Assembly (NCBI GenBank): GCA_016186715.1
Contig: JACPLA010000074.1
Location: 6,452-70,451 of the forward strand
Length of the DNA: 64,000 bases
Direction of reading: 5' to 3'
DNA from: Ignavibacteriales bacterium
GTDB taxonomy: Bacteria > Bacteroidota > Ignavibacteria > UBA10030
Shown here: positions 47,504-59,736 of the stretch, piece after piece
How positions within the stretch are numbered: the first letter of the stretch is position 1
Layout of the letters: each line of letters opens with the position of its first letter
Translations under genes and position numbers: made by a program
Notes under the pieces: model-generated
The model's database searches: none
What the model was told of the DNA's origin: nothing
The model's input: only the letters and a program-made list of their open reading frames with translations

Positions 47504-49123
47504 TTGGCACTAAATGGTTCAAAATCAATCATTTGCAGGAATTCTATTGTGCGGCCATTCCTTGTCACTTTTTTCTTTATCACGGTTGCCAGTGGACAAC
47601 AACTGGAAATCGGGCAAGCGAGTCGGACCGGGTACGAATCCATCTCGGCCGAGGATCTCCGCGCCCACGTGACGTTCCTTTCATCCGACGAGCTTGAGGG
47701 GAGGGAGACAAGCCGCCGCGGTCAAAAGATTGCCGCCCAGTACATCGCAACAATGTTTCGAAAAAATGGACTAAAACCGTTGGGAGAGGGCGGCTCGTAC
47801 TTTCAGCGGTTTGATTTGACAGTCACAAAGCCAAGTCACAACACGGCCATCGAGATCACCACTTCGACATCTTCCGAGTCCTTTAGCTTCAGAAAGGATT
47901 TCTTGACTGTCGCGACAAAAGAAACGACTCTCACCATCCAAGCCGTCTTTGTCGGTTACATGGACGCGGCGCTTTCCCCCGAGCAAGAGTCAGGATTGAC
48001 CGGCAAGATCGTTGTTGCCTTTGCAGGGAGGCCAGGCGACGAGCCCAATTCTTTCGAACGTGGTCGGCGGCGACCTTTCGTCCGCTTCTTCATGAATAGC
48101 GCTGCCACTTTTGCTATAACAGACGAGACCGCGTACGGCTCCCTAGAACAACAGTCGATCGCCTTTGCGGATCAATTTGAAAAGGGAGAAATGAGCCTTA
48201 CTTACACGCGTCCGGAACGGCGCGCGGACCGTTTCTTGGTTTTTACGATCAGTTCCCGGATGGGAGGCCATCTTCTCCGGCAGTTCAACCTCCCCCTCGA
48301 TAGTCTCCGAAAGGCCATCGCAGCCGATTCGGGATTTACTCCCGTTCCGCTCGAAGGCATTTCTGTGACTCTTGACGTCAAAGTGTTGCGAGAATTCACA
48401 TCTTCTGAGAATGTTGTTGGCCTCCTGGAAGGATCGGATCCCATTCTCAAACATGAATATGTTGTTCTCACGGCACACTACGACCACCTTGGAATTGGAG
48501 CCGCAGATGGGGAAATCTATAACGGAGCTGACGATGATGGCTCAGGCACTTCGATGATCCTCGAATTGGCCGAAGCTTTCACCGTGAACAAGGTCAAGCC
48601 CAAAAGGAGCCTTGTTTTCATGACCGTTGCGGGAGAGGAAAAAGGCCTTCTCGGATCACGCTACTACTCCGACCACCCCCTTGTTCCTCTTGAAAAAACC
48701 GCCGCAAATGTTAATATTGACATGATTGGGAGGACCGATGAAAAATACCAAAAGGAAAAAAGTCCGAACTACGTGTACGTCATCGGTTCCGACAAAATCA
48801 GCACGGAGCTCGACAGCCTGCTCCATGTGGCAAACAGGAAATCAGTCCGCCTGACCCTTGATTATGAATATAACGACGACAACGAGCCAAATCAGTTCTA
48901 CCGGCGAAGCGATCATTACAATTTTGCCCGCAAAGGGGTCCCGGTTGTCTTTTTCTTCTCGGGCCTCCATGATGACTACCATCGCCCAACCGACACCGTT
49001 GAAAAGATTGAGTTCGAGACGATGGCTCGCAGAGGAAAACTTGTGTATGCAACGGTTTGGGAGGTGGCAAATTTCGGGCGACTGTTGAAGAAGCACGGCA
49101 AGACGTCTCTTTACGAAAACTGA
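47504..49123 (+). CDS. M28 family metallopeptidase (aminopeptidase) with a PA-like insert
   Basis: HYDHLG, GADDDGSGTSMILELA, VAGEEKGLLGSRYY, FFSGLHDDYHRPTD. The likely real start is GTG 47549, giving the signal peptide (M)RPFLVTFFFITVASGQQ. Confidence 0.85.
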   Translation: MALNGSKSIICRNSIVRPFLVTFFFITVASGQQLEIGQASRTGYESISAEDLRAHVTFLSSDELEGRETSRRGQKIAAQYIATMFRKNGLKPLGEGGSYFQRFDLTVTKPSHNTAIEITTSTSSESFSFRKDFLTVATKETTLTIQAVFVGYMDAALSPEQESGLTGKIVVAFAGRPGDEPNSFERGRRRPFVRFFMNSAATFAITDETAYGSLEQQSIAFADQFEKGEMSLTYTRPERRADRFLVFTISSRMGGHLLRQFNLPLDSLRKAIAADSGFTPVPLEGISVTLDVKVLREFTSSENVVGLLEGSDPILKHEYVVLTAHYDHLGIGAADGEIYNGADDDGSGTSMILELAEAFTVNKVKPKRSLVFMTVAGEEKGLLGSRYYSDHPLVPLEKTAANVNIDMIGRTDEKYQKEKSPNYVYVIGSDKISTELDSLLHVANRKSVRLTLDYEYNDDNEPNQFYRRSDHYNFARKGVPVVFFFSGLHDDYHRPTDTVEKIEFETMARRGKLVYATVWEVANFGRLLKKHGKTSLYEN

Positions 49124-49899
49124 TGCTTTCCAAGGAAGACCTCCAGAAAGACCTTCACACCCGCGTCATTGGGCGGCGGCTTTTTGTCTTTGAGTCGATC
49201 GATTCGACCAATGCGTGTGCACGAACGCTTGCGGAGGCCGGGGCTGAAGAGGGTTCGGTCGTCATTGCCGATTTCCAGACAAACGGACGAGGCCGACAGG
49301 GGCGGGCCTGGAAGGCAGACCCCAATGTCAATCTCTTGTTTTCGGTGCTCCTGCGTCCGGAGCTCAAACGCGGATCCGCCGGACTCCTGACGTTTTTTGC
49401 AGCTGTGTCCGTTGCACGGGCGATCGAGAAGACTTCCGGATGTTCCATCGAGTGCAAATGGCCGAACGATCTTCTCTTGAACGGAAAGAAAATATGCGGC
49501 ATTCTTCTCGAAAATTCGCTGGAAAAGGAAGCCCTTGCCTATTCCGTCGTTGGAATCGGACTGAATGTGAATCAAAAGAATTTTCGGGATGATCTGAGGA
49601 AAGCAAGCTCGTTGTCACGGGAACTCGGCGCCCCCCTGAGCCGTGACCGCCTGTTTCAGGAACTCGTGCGACAGATGGATGAGCTTTATCCGCCGGTGAG
49701 GAAGAGCCAGTTCGACTCAATTCTCATCGAATGGAACGCCCGGTGCCGGATGTTCGGGAAAGAAGTCACAGTCGCCCAGGACAAGAGGCACATTTCGGGT
49801 ACCGCGGTCGCCCTTGAGCCCGACGGCGGCCTTCGGATCAACACGCCTTCAGGTCCTGAAACAGTGTATGCCGGCGACGTCACCGTCGTTTCTTCCTAG
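49123..49899 (+). CDS. birA: biotin--[acetyl-CoA-carboxylase] ligase
   Basis: ESIDSTNACA, QTNGRGRQGRAWKA, KWPNDLLLNGKKICGILLE. ATG 49123 overlaps the upstream stop (TGATG). No N-terminal HTH domain is seen. Confidence 0.9.
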   Translation: MLSKEDLQKDLHTRVIGRRLFVFESIDSTNACARTLAEAGAEEGSVVIADFQTNGRGRQGRAWKADPNVNLLFSVLLRPELKRGSAGLLTFFAAVSVARAIEKTSGCSIECKWPNDLLLNGKKICGILLENSLEKEALAYSVVGIGLNVNQKNFRDDLRKASSLSRELGAPLSRDRLFQELVRQMDELYPPVRKSQFDSILIEWNARCRMFGKEVTVAQDKRHISGTAVALEPDGGLRINTPSGPETVYAGDVTVVSS

Positions 49900-50083
49900 T
49901 GTCGCGTCTCAGAAATAGTTTGAATAATTACCTCGACGATTGGTTTTGCTTGTCATGGGACACGCCTACCTGTCGGCAGGCAGGGAAAAGGCCGAAAAGA
50001 ACGGATTTTCACTGATAAGAGCTCAAAAATCAATCCGTGTTCCATTATTCAACTTATTTAAGGGAGCAACACGAGGACCCTTC

Positions 50084-50869
50084 ATGCTTCTTGCTATCGA
50101 TATCGGCAACACACACACCGTCTTTGGGGTCTACGACAGCGCCACACTCGTCGCCGATTGGCGCGTCACCAGCATGCTTCAGCGAACCGAAGATGAGGTG
50201 GGAACACAATTGCAGCAGTTTCTGAAAAACGCAGGCATCGTACCCGATCGGATCGACGGGGTCGCCATTTCCTCCGTTGTCCCCAACCTGACCGACATTT
50301 TTGCCGCGATGGCAAGGAAGTACTTCAAAGCAGACCCTGTGATCGTGGGACCGGATTTGGATCTCGGATTTGCAATTCAGTATGAAGATCCCTCATCCGT
50401 CGGTGCTGATCGTCTCTGCAACGCCGTTGCAGGCTTTGCCAAGTACGGCGGCCCCTTGATCATCATCGATTTTGGAACCGCGACTACCTACGATGTCGTG
50501 GGATCAACCGGCAATTATCTGGGAGGAGTCATCGCTCCGGGCGTTGAGACCTCGGCGGTCGATCTTCACCGCCGTGCCGCAAAACTGCCGAAGGTTGAGC
50601 TTCATTTCCCGGAACATGTTATCGGAACGAACACGGTCGCGAGCATGCAAGCCGGTATCCTCTACGGCGCGATCGACGCAATGGAAGGAATGATCAAGAG
50701 ACTGCAGGCACAGATTCGAATAAGGGAGAAAAAAGAAGCGAAGGTGGTGGCAACGGGGGGATTCTCAGAACTGATCAGCTTACAGTCGAAGACCATCACC
50801 GCCTGCGAGCCAACGCTGGTCCTCGACGGCGTACGGTTGATTTACGAACGCGTGCGGCCCAAACGGTAA
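50084..50869 (+). CDS. coaX: type III pantothenate kinase
   Basis: MLLAIDIGNTHTVFGVY, VGADRLCNAVA, IIDFGTATTYD, GGVIAPG. The ORF-track N-terminal extension is rejected. Confidence 0.92.
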   Translation: MLLAIDIGNTHTVFGVYDSATLVADWRVTSMLQRTEDEVGTQLQQFLKNAGIVPDRIDGVAISSVVPNLTDIFAAMARKYFKADPVIVGPDLDLGFAIQYEDPSSVGADRLCNAVAGFAKYGGPLIIIDFGTATTYDVVGSTGNYLGGVIAPGVETSAVDLHRRAAKLPKVELHFPEHVIGTNTVASMQAGILYGAIDAMEGMIKRLQAQIRIREKKEAKVVATGGFSELISLQSKTITACEPTLVLDGVRLIYERVRPKR

Positions 50870-50873
50870 ACGG

Positions 50874-51647
50874 CTAGTCGCCGCCCGATCGTCGTAGGAG
50901 CTGACTGATCCTCTCCTCGAGTTCCCTCTCCAGTTCGGAAAGAGCATCGGACATTTCGTGCCGGGCATACACCAGTTGATACAGGCTCAGTAATCCGTTG
51001 ATGCCTGATTCCAGTACGTTCACCTGGCGACGGATCTCGTTCACAATCGAGTTCATCTTTACCCGCGCCTCCCCCTCCGGAAGTGCTTCCAGCGAATTCC
51101 GTGCGTGGATTTCCAACTCAACAGCAATATCGGCCAGCGCCGAGTTCAGGGCGGGGGTAATAGCGTTGATAACGGTCCGTACCTTTTCCGTCGCTTCCTT
51201 GTTCAGAAAAATCTCGCGGGCCTTCTCCTCTTCCTCCTGTCGGGCGATCCGGAAAAGACGCCGCTCACGCGTCGCCTCGATCACCGTCCCCAAATGCTGA
51301 ATATCAATCTGCTCCTTACGCAGATAATCATAGGCCCCAAGCTTCATTGCTTCAACCGCGATCTCTTCGTTCCCAGCCCCCGTCAACATCACTACCGGTG
51401 TTTCAATTCCTTCCTGCTGCATCCACTTCATCACTCCCAACCCGTTCACTTCCGGCATGTAGTAATCGAGAAACATCATGTCGAAGAATGTCTTCCCGTC
51501 CTTCAGCAAGCTCACCGCCTCGTGTCCGGAGCGAGCCTTTACCACCCTGTGAGAATACTCATCCTGGAGAACAGTCGCCAGGAAGTTCAGGAAAGCGTCA
51601 TCGTCGTCGACAAGGAGGATGTTGGCCTGGTTAGAAAGAGTTTGCAT
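50874..51647 (-). CDS. response-regulator receiver domain with a ~130-aa helical C-terminal domain of unknown type
   Basis: ANILLVDDDD, MMFLDYYMPEVNG, VVMLTGAG, YDYLRKE. The C-terminus is rich in heptad-like Leu/Glu/Arg. No DNA-binding or enzymatic domain recognised. Confidence 0.8.
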   Translation of the reverse strand: MQTLSNQANILLVDDDDAFLNFLATVLQDEYSHRVVKARSGHEAVSLLKDGKTFFDMMFLDYYMPEVNGLGVMKWMQQEGIETPVVMLTGAGNEEIAVEAMKLGAYDYLRKEQIDIQHLGTVIEATRERRLFRIARQEEEEKAREIFLNKEATEKVRTVINAITPALNSALADIAVELEIHARNSLEALPEGEARVKMNSIVNEIRRQVNVLESGINGLLSLYQLVYARHEMSDALSELERELEERISQLLRRSGGD

Positions 51648-51715
51648 CGCGGAACAGTCTCCGACTGAACAGTGTCATGAAAAAAATAGGAACACGTCCT
51701 GCCTTATTCTGTGAG

Positions 51716-53212
51716 TTATCTCACACCAAACATGATAACCGACGCATTTGCCCAATCGACAATCGGCGCAAAATAAAGCCCGAAGAGCAATGTCGGAACC
51801 AGAAGAAGCAGGAGAATGGCTACCTGGGGCACACTGAAACGAATGGAGCCTGAGTCTTTTTCAGGATCGCGCAGGAACATGTTCCGCAATACCCTGACGT
51901 AGTAATACAGAGAAATGACGCTGTTCAGGGCGCCAACGACGGCAAGCCAAATCCATTTTGCATCGAGCAAAGCCACAAAAAGGTACAGCTTGCCGATAAA
52001 GCCCGCGGTGGGAGGAAGTCCGGTGAGGGAGATGAAGAAAATGACCATTGCGACGCCAAGGAGCGGCGACCGGTACCCGAGTCCTTTGTACGAATCGATA
52101 TCTTCGCTGCCGGTCTTGTTTGCCACAAGCATCACAATGTAAAACGCACCAAGGTTCATGAACAGATAGACGACGAAATAGATCAGAACCGCTGCCAGCC
52201 CCTTGTCGCTCAGGACAACCACACCCATCAGCATGTAGCCGGCGTGCGCGATGCTCGAATAGGCGAGAAGCCGTTTGAGGTTGTTCTGCCAAACGGCCAC
52301 AAGATTTCCCAGAGTCATCGTCAGGACCGAGAGAACTGCCAGGATGCTGTTCCACTCAAATCCCTGCAGCGAAGACCACATCCCGCTGGGGAGATCCACG
52401 ACGTTTGAATCCAGGAAAGAGACCTTGAAAAACCGGATCATCATGGCAAAACCGGCAGCCTTGGAGGCGACGGATAAGAACGCCGTGATGGTCACCGGGG
52501 CACCTTCATAGACATCCGGAGTCCAGAAGTGAAACGGAACGGCGGAAATCTTGTACCCAAATCCTGCGATGATCAAGACACTGGCGATCAAAAGGGTAAT
52601 CTCGTTGACTTCCCCGGTACTCAGTGCTTCGTTAATGCCGTAAATGTTTGTCGCTCCCGTCAACCCGTAGATGATCGAGATCCCGTACAGCATCAGTCCG
52701 CTGGAGAGCGCTCCGTAAATGATATACTTTAACGAGGCCTCGCTGGAGTCGCCTGCCTCTTTCGTGTAGCCCGCAAGGATGTAAGAAGTAAGGCTCGTCA
52801 GCTCCAGGGCGAGCACCATCATCAGCAGGTTGGCGGCACCCGCCATGAGGTACATTCCGAGTGTCAGCGCGAGCAACAGGGAAAAATACTCGCCTTTTCG
52901 CCGTTCAGTTGTCTGCACGTCGTGCGAGTAGAGAGAGAAGAGAATAATAAAGACGGCCGAGACGCCGATGACGATCTTGAAGAAAACGGAAAAGGGATCG
53001 ACCGCCATCATCCCCGAAAAAACCGAGAGCGACATCCCTGCCTGCTGGAAAGCAAACAAGAGTGAGACAACAACGCCAAGGAGGGACAGCGCCGTGACAA
53101 TCCCGCGGTTCTTCCGGAAAACCAAATCGGCAATGAGAGCCAAACAAAAGGCAACAACGAGCGTTGTTTCCGGCAAGAATTTTGACAAACTCTCGAGTAT
53201 TTGGTCAACCAT
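51716..53212 (-). CDS. nuoN: NADH-quinone oxidoreductase subunit N
   Basis: Multi-TM antiporter-like subunit (FHFWTPDVYEGAP, LLAYSSIAHAGYM). Start MVDQILES at 53212 avoids overlap with nuoM. Confidence 0.9.
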   Translation of the reverse strand: MVDQILESLSKFLPETTLVVAFCLALIADLVFRKNRGIVTALSLLGVVVSLLFAFQQAGMSLSVFSGMMAVDPFSVFFKIVIGVSAVFIILFSLYSHDVQTTERRKGEYFSLLLALTLGMYLMAGAANLLMMVLALELTSLTSYILAGYTKEAGDSSEASLKYIIYGALSSGLMLYGISIIYGLTGATNIYGINEALSTGEVNEITLLIASVLIIAGFGYKISAVPFHFWTPDVYEGAPVTITAFLSVASKAAGFAMMIRFFKVSFLDSNVVDLPSGMWSSLQGFEWNSILAVLSVLTMTLGNLVAVWQNNLKRLLAYSSIAHAGYMLMGVVVLSDKGLAAVLIYFVVYLFMNLGAFYIVMLVANKTGSEDIDSYKGLGYRSPLLGVAMVIFFISLTGLPPTAGFIGKLYLFVALLDAKWIWLAVVGALNSVISLYYYVRVLRNMFLRDPEKDSGSIRFSVPQVAILLLLLVPTLLFGLYFAPIVDWANASVIMFGVR

Positions 53213-53231
53213 AGTCAATGCCTGCACAGAA

Positions 53232-54827
53232 TTACGGCGCCATCGCCAGCGCTGAGCCGCCCGCCACGATATCCACAAGATTGTTCAAGGAGGCCGTCAT
53301 GAGATCGATTGCCAGAGAAGGATAAACCCCCAAGACAAGAACAATCACCGCAAGCGGCACAAGGGTGAAGAGTTCTCGCCCGTTGATATCGGGAAGACCC
53401 GCCCACTTTTCATTCGGACTGCCAAGAAATACCCTCTGAAGTGTCCACAGCATATATGCCGCAGTCAGCACAATCCCAAGTGTCGAGGCAATCGTGATGT
53501 AGCGATGCGTTTGAAATGCGCCAAGGAAAGAAAAAGCCTCAGAAATAAAACCGCTCAGTCCGGGAAGTCCTAATGCCGCAAAGAACGCGACGGTCATGAC
53601 GCCGGTGTATTTCGGCATCGTCACGGCCAAGCCGCCGAAGGCGTCAAGGTCACGCGTGTGGGAACGATCGTAGATAACACCTACAATCAAAAAGAGCATG
53701 GCAGTGATCGTCCCGTGATTGAACATCTGAAACACGGCGCCGACCATCCCTTGCGAATTCATGGCGGACATTCCCAGGAGAACCACTCCCATGTGGCTGA
53801 TACTCGAGTAGGCAATGAGTTTCTTGAAATCCTGCTGAGCCATCGCGCACAACGCGCCATAGACGATGTTGATAAATGCAACGACCGCAAGCGGAACGGC
53901 GTACGCCTGCGCAATCTCCGGAAACATCGGATAACTGACTCTCAGGAGTCCGTATGTTCCCATCTTCAGCAAAACTCCCGCCAGAATAACACTGATGGCG
54001 GTCGGCGCTTCGACGTGAGCATCCGGCAGCCAGGTGTGGAACGGAAAGATCGGCACCTTGATGGCAAAACCGATGAAGAGCGCGATGTAAGCAAGATACC
54101 GCCAATAGGTTCCAACCCCTGCCAGGAGGGAACCCGGTTCATAATTTGCCGGATCCATCATGGCCAGCATGTTGAACGTGTGGATCCGCTCTCCCGTGAC
54201 GGCGTCCGGAATCGTTACGCTGAAATACAAAGCAATCATGGCAAGGAGGATCAAAACACTTCCAAGCAAGGTATACAGGAAGAATTTGATTGCGGCGTAT
54301 TCGCGGCGAGGACCTCCCCAGATTCCGATCAGAAAGTACATCGGAAGGAGCATGACTTCCCAGAACACATAAAAGAGGAAAAAGTCCAGGGCGACAAACA
54401 CGCCCATCATGCCTGTGTCGAGAAGCAACAGCATGGCCATGTAGCCTTTCAACGCCTTGTCGATGTTCCACGACGCAAACACAGCTATGAAGCTGATCAG
54501 CGCCGTCAAAAGAACCATCGTCACACTGAGCCCATCCACACCCATGAAGTATTCGATCTGGATTCGGCCAAACCAGGATACGCCCTCCACGTCGATCCAG
54601 CGGGCTTTCTCCACAAACTGCATCCCTTCAAGCGAGTTGATCCCGGTCATTCCCTTATTGAAGTTCAAGTAGATCATCGCTGCCAGGACCAACTGCAGGA
54701 ATGTGGCCACGGCGGGAATCCACTTGATCGCTGCATCATTTCCCTTCGGGACCATCAAAACGGCGGCCATGCCGATGATCGGAACAAACGTGATCCAGGT
54801 CAGTACCCCGATGCCCAAGAATTCCAT
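53232..54827 (-). CDS. nuoM: NADH-quinone oxidoreductase subunit M
   Basis: FPFHTWLPDAHVEAPTA, LIAYSSISHMG, about 14 TM. Confidence 0.93.
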   Translation of the reverse strand: MEFLGIGVLTWITFVPIIGMAAVLMVPKGNDAAIKWIPAVATFLQLVLAAMIYLNFNKGMTGINSLEGMQFVEKARWIDVEGVSWFGRIQIEYFMGVDGLSVTMVLLTALISFIAVFASWNIDKALKGYMAMLLLLDTGMMGVFVALDFFLFYVFWEVMLLPMYFLIGIWGGPRREYAAIKFFLYTLLGSVLILLAMIALYFSVTIPDAVTGERIHTFNMLAMMDPANYEPGSLLAGVGTYWRYLAYIALFIGFAIKVPIFPFHTWLPDAHVEAPTAISVILAGVLLKMGTYGLLRVSYPMFPEIAQAYAVPLAVVAFINIVYGALCAMAQQDFKKLIAYSSISHMGVVLLGMSAMNSQGMVGAVFQMFNHGTITAMLFLIVGVIYDRSHTRDLDAFGGLAVTMPKYTGVMTVAFFAALGLPGLSGFISEAFSFLGAFQTHRYITIASTLGIVLTAAYMLWTLQRVFLGSPNEKWAGLPDINGRELFTLVPLAVIVLVLGVYPSLAIDLMTASLNNLVDIVAGGSALAMAP

Positions 54828-54853
54828 ACCGTGCTATCCTCCGAAAAGAACTG

Positions 54854-57115
<2,262 letters not shown>

Positions 57116-57134
57116 GAGATCCGTGAGAAAGTCC

Positions 57135-57467
57135 TTAGTCGCGTAACTGATTGAATTCGTCGACGTTCACTGTGTTGAAGTTCTGGTAGATGTTCAGAAC
57201 AATGGCCAGGGCGATAGCTGCTTCTGCCGCCGCAAGGATGATGACAAAGATGGCGATCACCTGACCGTCAAAGCTTCCGGAGGAATACCGGGAAAAAGCA
57301 ATGAAATTGATGTTGGCCGCGTTCAGAATCAGCTCCACTCCCATCAGCACCATGATTGCGTTTCGCCTGGTTACGATGGCAAAAATGCCGAAAGAAAACA
57401 GGACGGCGCTGATCAGGAGAAAGTGACCGAGTCCGGGATTCTGAAGCCATTGAATGAAATCGAGCAT
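57135..57467 (-). CDS. nuoK: NADH-quinone oxidoreductase subunit K
   Basis: 110 aa, 3 TM, MGVELILNAANINF, AAAEAAIALAIV. Confidence 0.92.
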   Translation of the reverse strand: MLDFIQWLQNPGLGHFLLISAVLFSFGIFAIVTRRNAIMVLMGVELILNAANINFIAFSRYSSGSFDGQVIAIFVIILAAAEAAIALAIVLNIYQNFNTVNVDEFNQLRD

Positions 57468-57468
57468 A

Positions 57469-57972
57469 TCAGGCCTGCTTTTCCCTGCGCGCGATCATTG
57501 CTGCGCCCACAAGAGCAACGAGAAGTATGACCGAGGCAATTTCAAACGGAAGCAGGTAGGTGGTGAGAAGTAATTCTCCGATTTGAGGAGCCGTTGTGTC
57601 TACTGCCGGCGGATCCGGAAGAACCTTCCACTCCGTCGACCAGAACACCGTCAGCAAGGCCGCCGCCAGCGCCCCAACGATGAAAAGAGCCGGAAGAACC
57701 TGTACCGTTCCGGTTTTGATCTGAACGTCGATGACACTGCTTGTGAGCATGACACCAAAGATGAGAAGAACAAGAATGCCGCCCACGTAGATCAGCAGCT
57801 GAGTCACAGCAAGGAAATCGGCCAAGAGCAGCACGTACAGGCCGGCGACACCGAAAAAGGCAAACAGGAGAGAAAAAGCGGAATGAACGATATTGCGGGA
57901 AAATACGACAACCGCACCCGATCCCAGAGTGATCGCCGCAAACAGATAGAAGACGATTGTCGTGAAGTCCAT
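57469..57972 (-). CDS. nuoJ: NADH-quinone oxidoreductase subunit J
   Basis: 167 aa, VFSRNIVHSAFSLLFAFFGVAGLYVLL, YVGGILVL. Confidence 0.9.
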   Translation of the reverse strand: MDFTTIVFYLFAAITLGSGAVVVFSRNIVHSAFSLLFAFFGVAGLYVLLLADFLAVTQLLIYVGGILVLLIFGVMLTSSVIDVQIKTGTVQVLPALFIVGALAAALLTVFWSTEWKVLPDPPAVDTTAPQIGELLLTTYLLPFEIASVILLVALVGAAMIARREKQA

Positions 57973-57974
57973 GT

Positions 57975-58562
57975 TTATGACGATGCTTTTGGGGGCTCCT
58001 GTTTCTTTTGTGCTGCAGCCGCAACTGCCGCCGCCTTTTTCGCCGCAGCTTCTTCCTCCGCTTTCTTGAATTTCGCCTTTGCTTCTTCGATTTCGGTTGA
58101 AGTCATCCTGCTGTAGTTATAGATGAGATTGTGGCGATCTGATTCTGAAAACTCATAGACATCGGTCATGACAATACATTCCGTCGGACAAGGATAGACG
58201 CAGAGCCCGCAGTAACAGCATTTGGCAATGTCAATATCGAAGCGAGGAACGTGGAGGCGCTTCTTGTGACCCGTGGAAGTCTGGCCGAGATCCTGATCTG
58301 CAGTGGACTTGATGGTCTCAATGGTAATGCAGTCCACCGGACAGGCCAACGAGCATTGATCGCAACCGATGCAATCATCAATGTTGACGTAGAGACGATT
58401 TCGCACGCGCTCCGGCAACTTCAGCTTCGCATCCGGATACTGAAGCGTAACGGCAGGTACAAAGAGATGACGGAACGTGACACGCATCCCCACCGTCACC
58501 GTGAAAAGGGCCATCCAGATGTCACGAAAATATGTTCGAACTGCGCTCATTGCACTGATCAA
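57975..58562 (-). CDS. nuoI: NADH-quinone oxidoreductase subunit I (2x[4Fe-4S]) with an Ala/Lys-rich C-terminal tail
   Basis: CIGCDQCSLACP and CCYCGLCVYPCP cluster motifs. Tail EEAKAKFKKAEEEAAAKKAAAVAAAAQKK. Confidence 0.92.
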   Translation of the reverse strand: MISAMSAVRTYFRDIWMALFTVTVGMRVTFRHLFVPAVTLQYPDAKLKLPERVRNRLYVNIDDCIGCDQCSLACPVDCITIETIKSTADQDLGQTSTGHKKRLHVPRFDIDIAKCCYCGLCVYPCPTECIVMTDVYEFSESDRHNLIYNYSRMTSTEIEEAKAKFKKAEEEAAAKKAAAVAAAAQKKQEPPKASS

Positions 58563-58672
58563 CCTGCTGTCGTGCGGAACTCCGGTTCCGGATCAATTGC
58601 TCCCGGCCGTTGTTGTCGGATCTGCCAGCCCGCCTCTATCAAGGATCTCAAAGGCTGGCGGGGAGATCTGAC

Positions 58673-59719
58673 TTACAGTACGAGTATAAGTCCAACCGCA
58701 AAAACGCAGACAAAAAGAAACGGCGTCAGCACTTTCCAGGAGGTATACATCAGTTGATCCACTCTCAGGCGCGGAAGCGTCCAGCGGATCCAAATCTGAA
58801 GGAAGACAAAGAAAAACCCTTTCAGCACAATCCAGAACACTCCCCACAACGGACCCGACATGAAGTCGCCGAACGGACTTGACCATCCACCGAGAAAGAC
58901 GCACGCGGCTATTGCCGAGACAAGATACATGTTGGCATATTCTGCAAGGTAGAAGATCGCAAACTTCATCCCGCTGTATTCGGTGTTGTACCCTTGCACC
59001 AGTTCCGATTCCGCCTCGGGCAAATCAAACGGCGTGCGGTTTACTTCCGCGATACCGGCAACAAACAGAATGAGGAACGCGATAAACGTGAACGGAAGCA
59101 ACAGCAGTTTCTGAAGAAGAGGGAACGGCCCGCCAAAAACCACCCAATTGAAAATCCCCCCGTCCTGAAACCGGATCACTTCCTGAAGGTTGAGGGAACC
59201 CGTAATCATGACAGCGATCAAAAGCGCCAGGGCCGTTGGAATTTCATAACTGATGACCTGTGCTGCGGAACGCATGGCGCCGAACAGGGACCATTTGTTG
59301 TTCGAAGCCCACCCCGCCATCAGCAGGCCAACCACGACAATCGAGGAGACGGCAACGATATAGAAGACACCCAGGTTAATATTGCTTCCGATATAGGCGC
59401 TGCTGAACGGAAGTGCGGCGAATCCGGCATACGTCCCCGTAAAGACCAGAAACGGCGCTAACCGAAACAATGTCTTGTCGGCTGCTGCGGGAATGGTATC
59501 CTCTTTTTGCAGGAGCTTCAGGATATCTGCAACCGGTTGAAACAGCCCGTGGGGTCCGGTGTACATATACGCGACGCGGTCCTGCATGTGCGCGGAGACT
59601 TTCATCTCGGTCCACACGGTCACAAGAGCGTACAGGAGAATAAAAACGAGAGGTGGTACCGCAAGAATCACGTACAGCAGCCAGGACTCACCGATGAATG
59701 ACTGAAGAAGTTCTTCCAT
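58673..59719 (-). CDS. nuoH: NADH-quinone oxidoreductase subunit H
   Basis: [45 protein letters not shown]. Confidence 0.94.
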   Translation of the reverse strand: MEELLQSFIGESWLLYVILAVPPLVFILLYALVTVWTEMKVSAHMQDRVAYMYTGPHGLFQPVADILKLLQKEDTIPAAADKTLFRLAPFLVFTGTYAGFAALPFSSAYIGSNINLGVFYIVAVSSIVVVGLLMAGWASNNKWSLFGAMRSAAQVISYEIPTALALLIAVMITGSLNLQEVIRFQDGGIFNWVVFGGPFPLLQKLLLLPFTFIAFLILFVAGIAEVNRTPFDLPEAESELVQGYNTEYSGMKFAIFYLAEYANMYLVSAIAACVFLGGWSSPFGDFMSGPLWGVFWIVLKGFFFVFLQIWIRWTLPRLRVDQLMYTSWKVLTPFLFVCVFAVGLILVL

Positions 59720-59736
59720 GAATTCCCAATCCGAGA

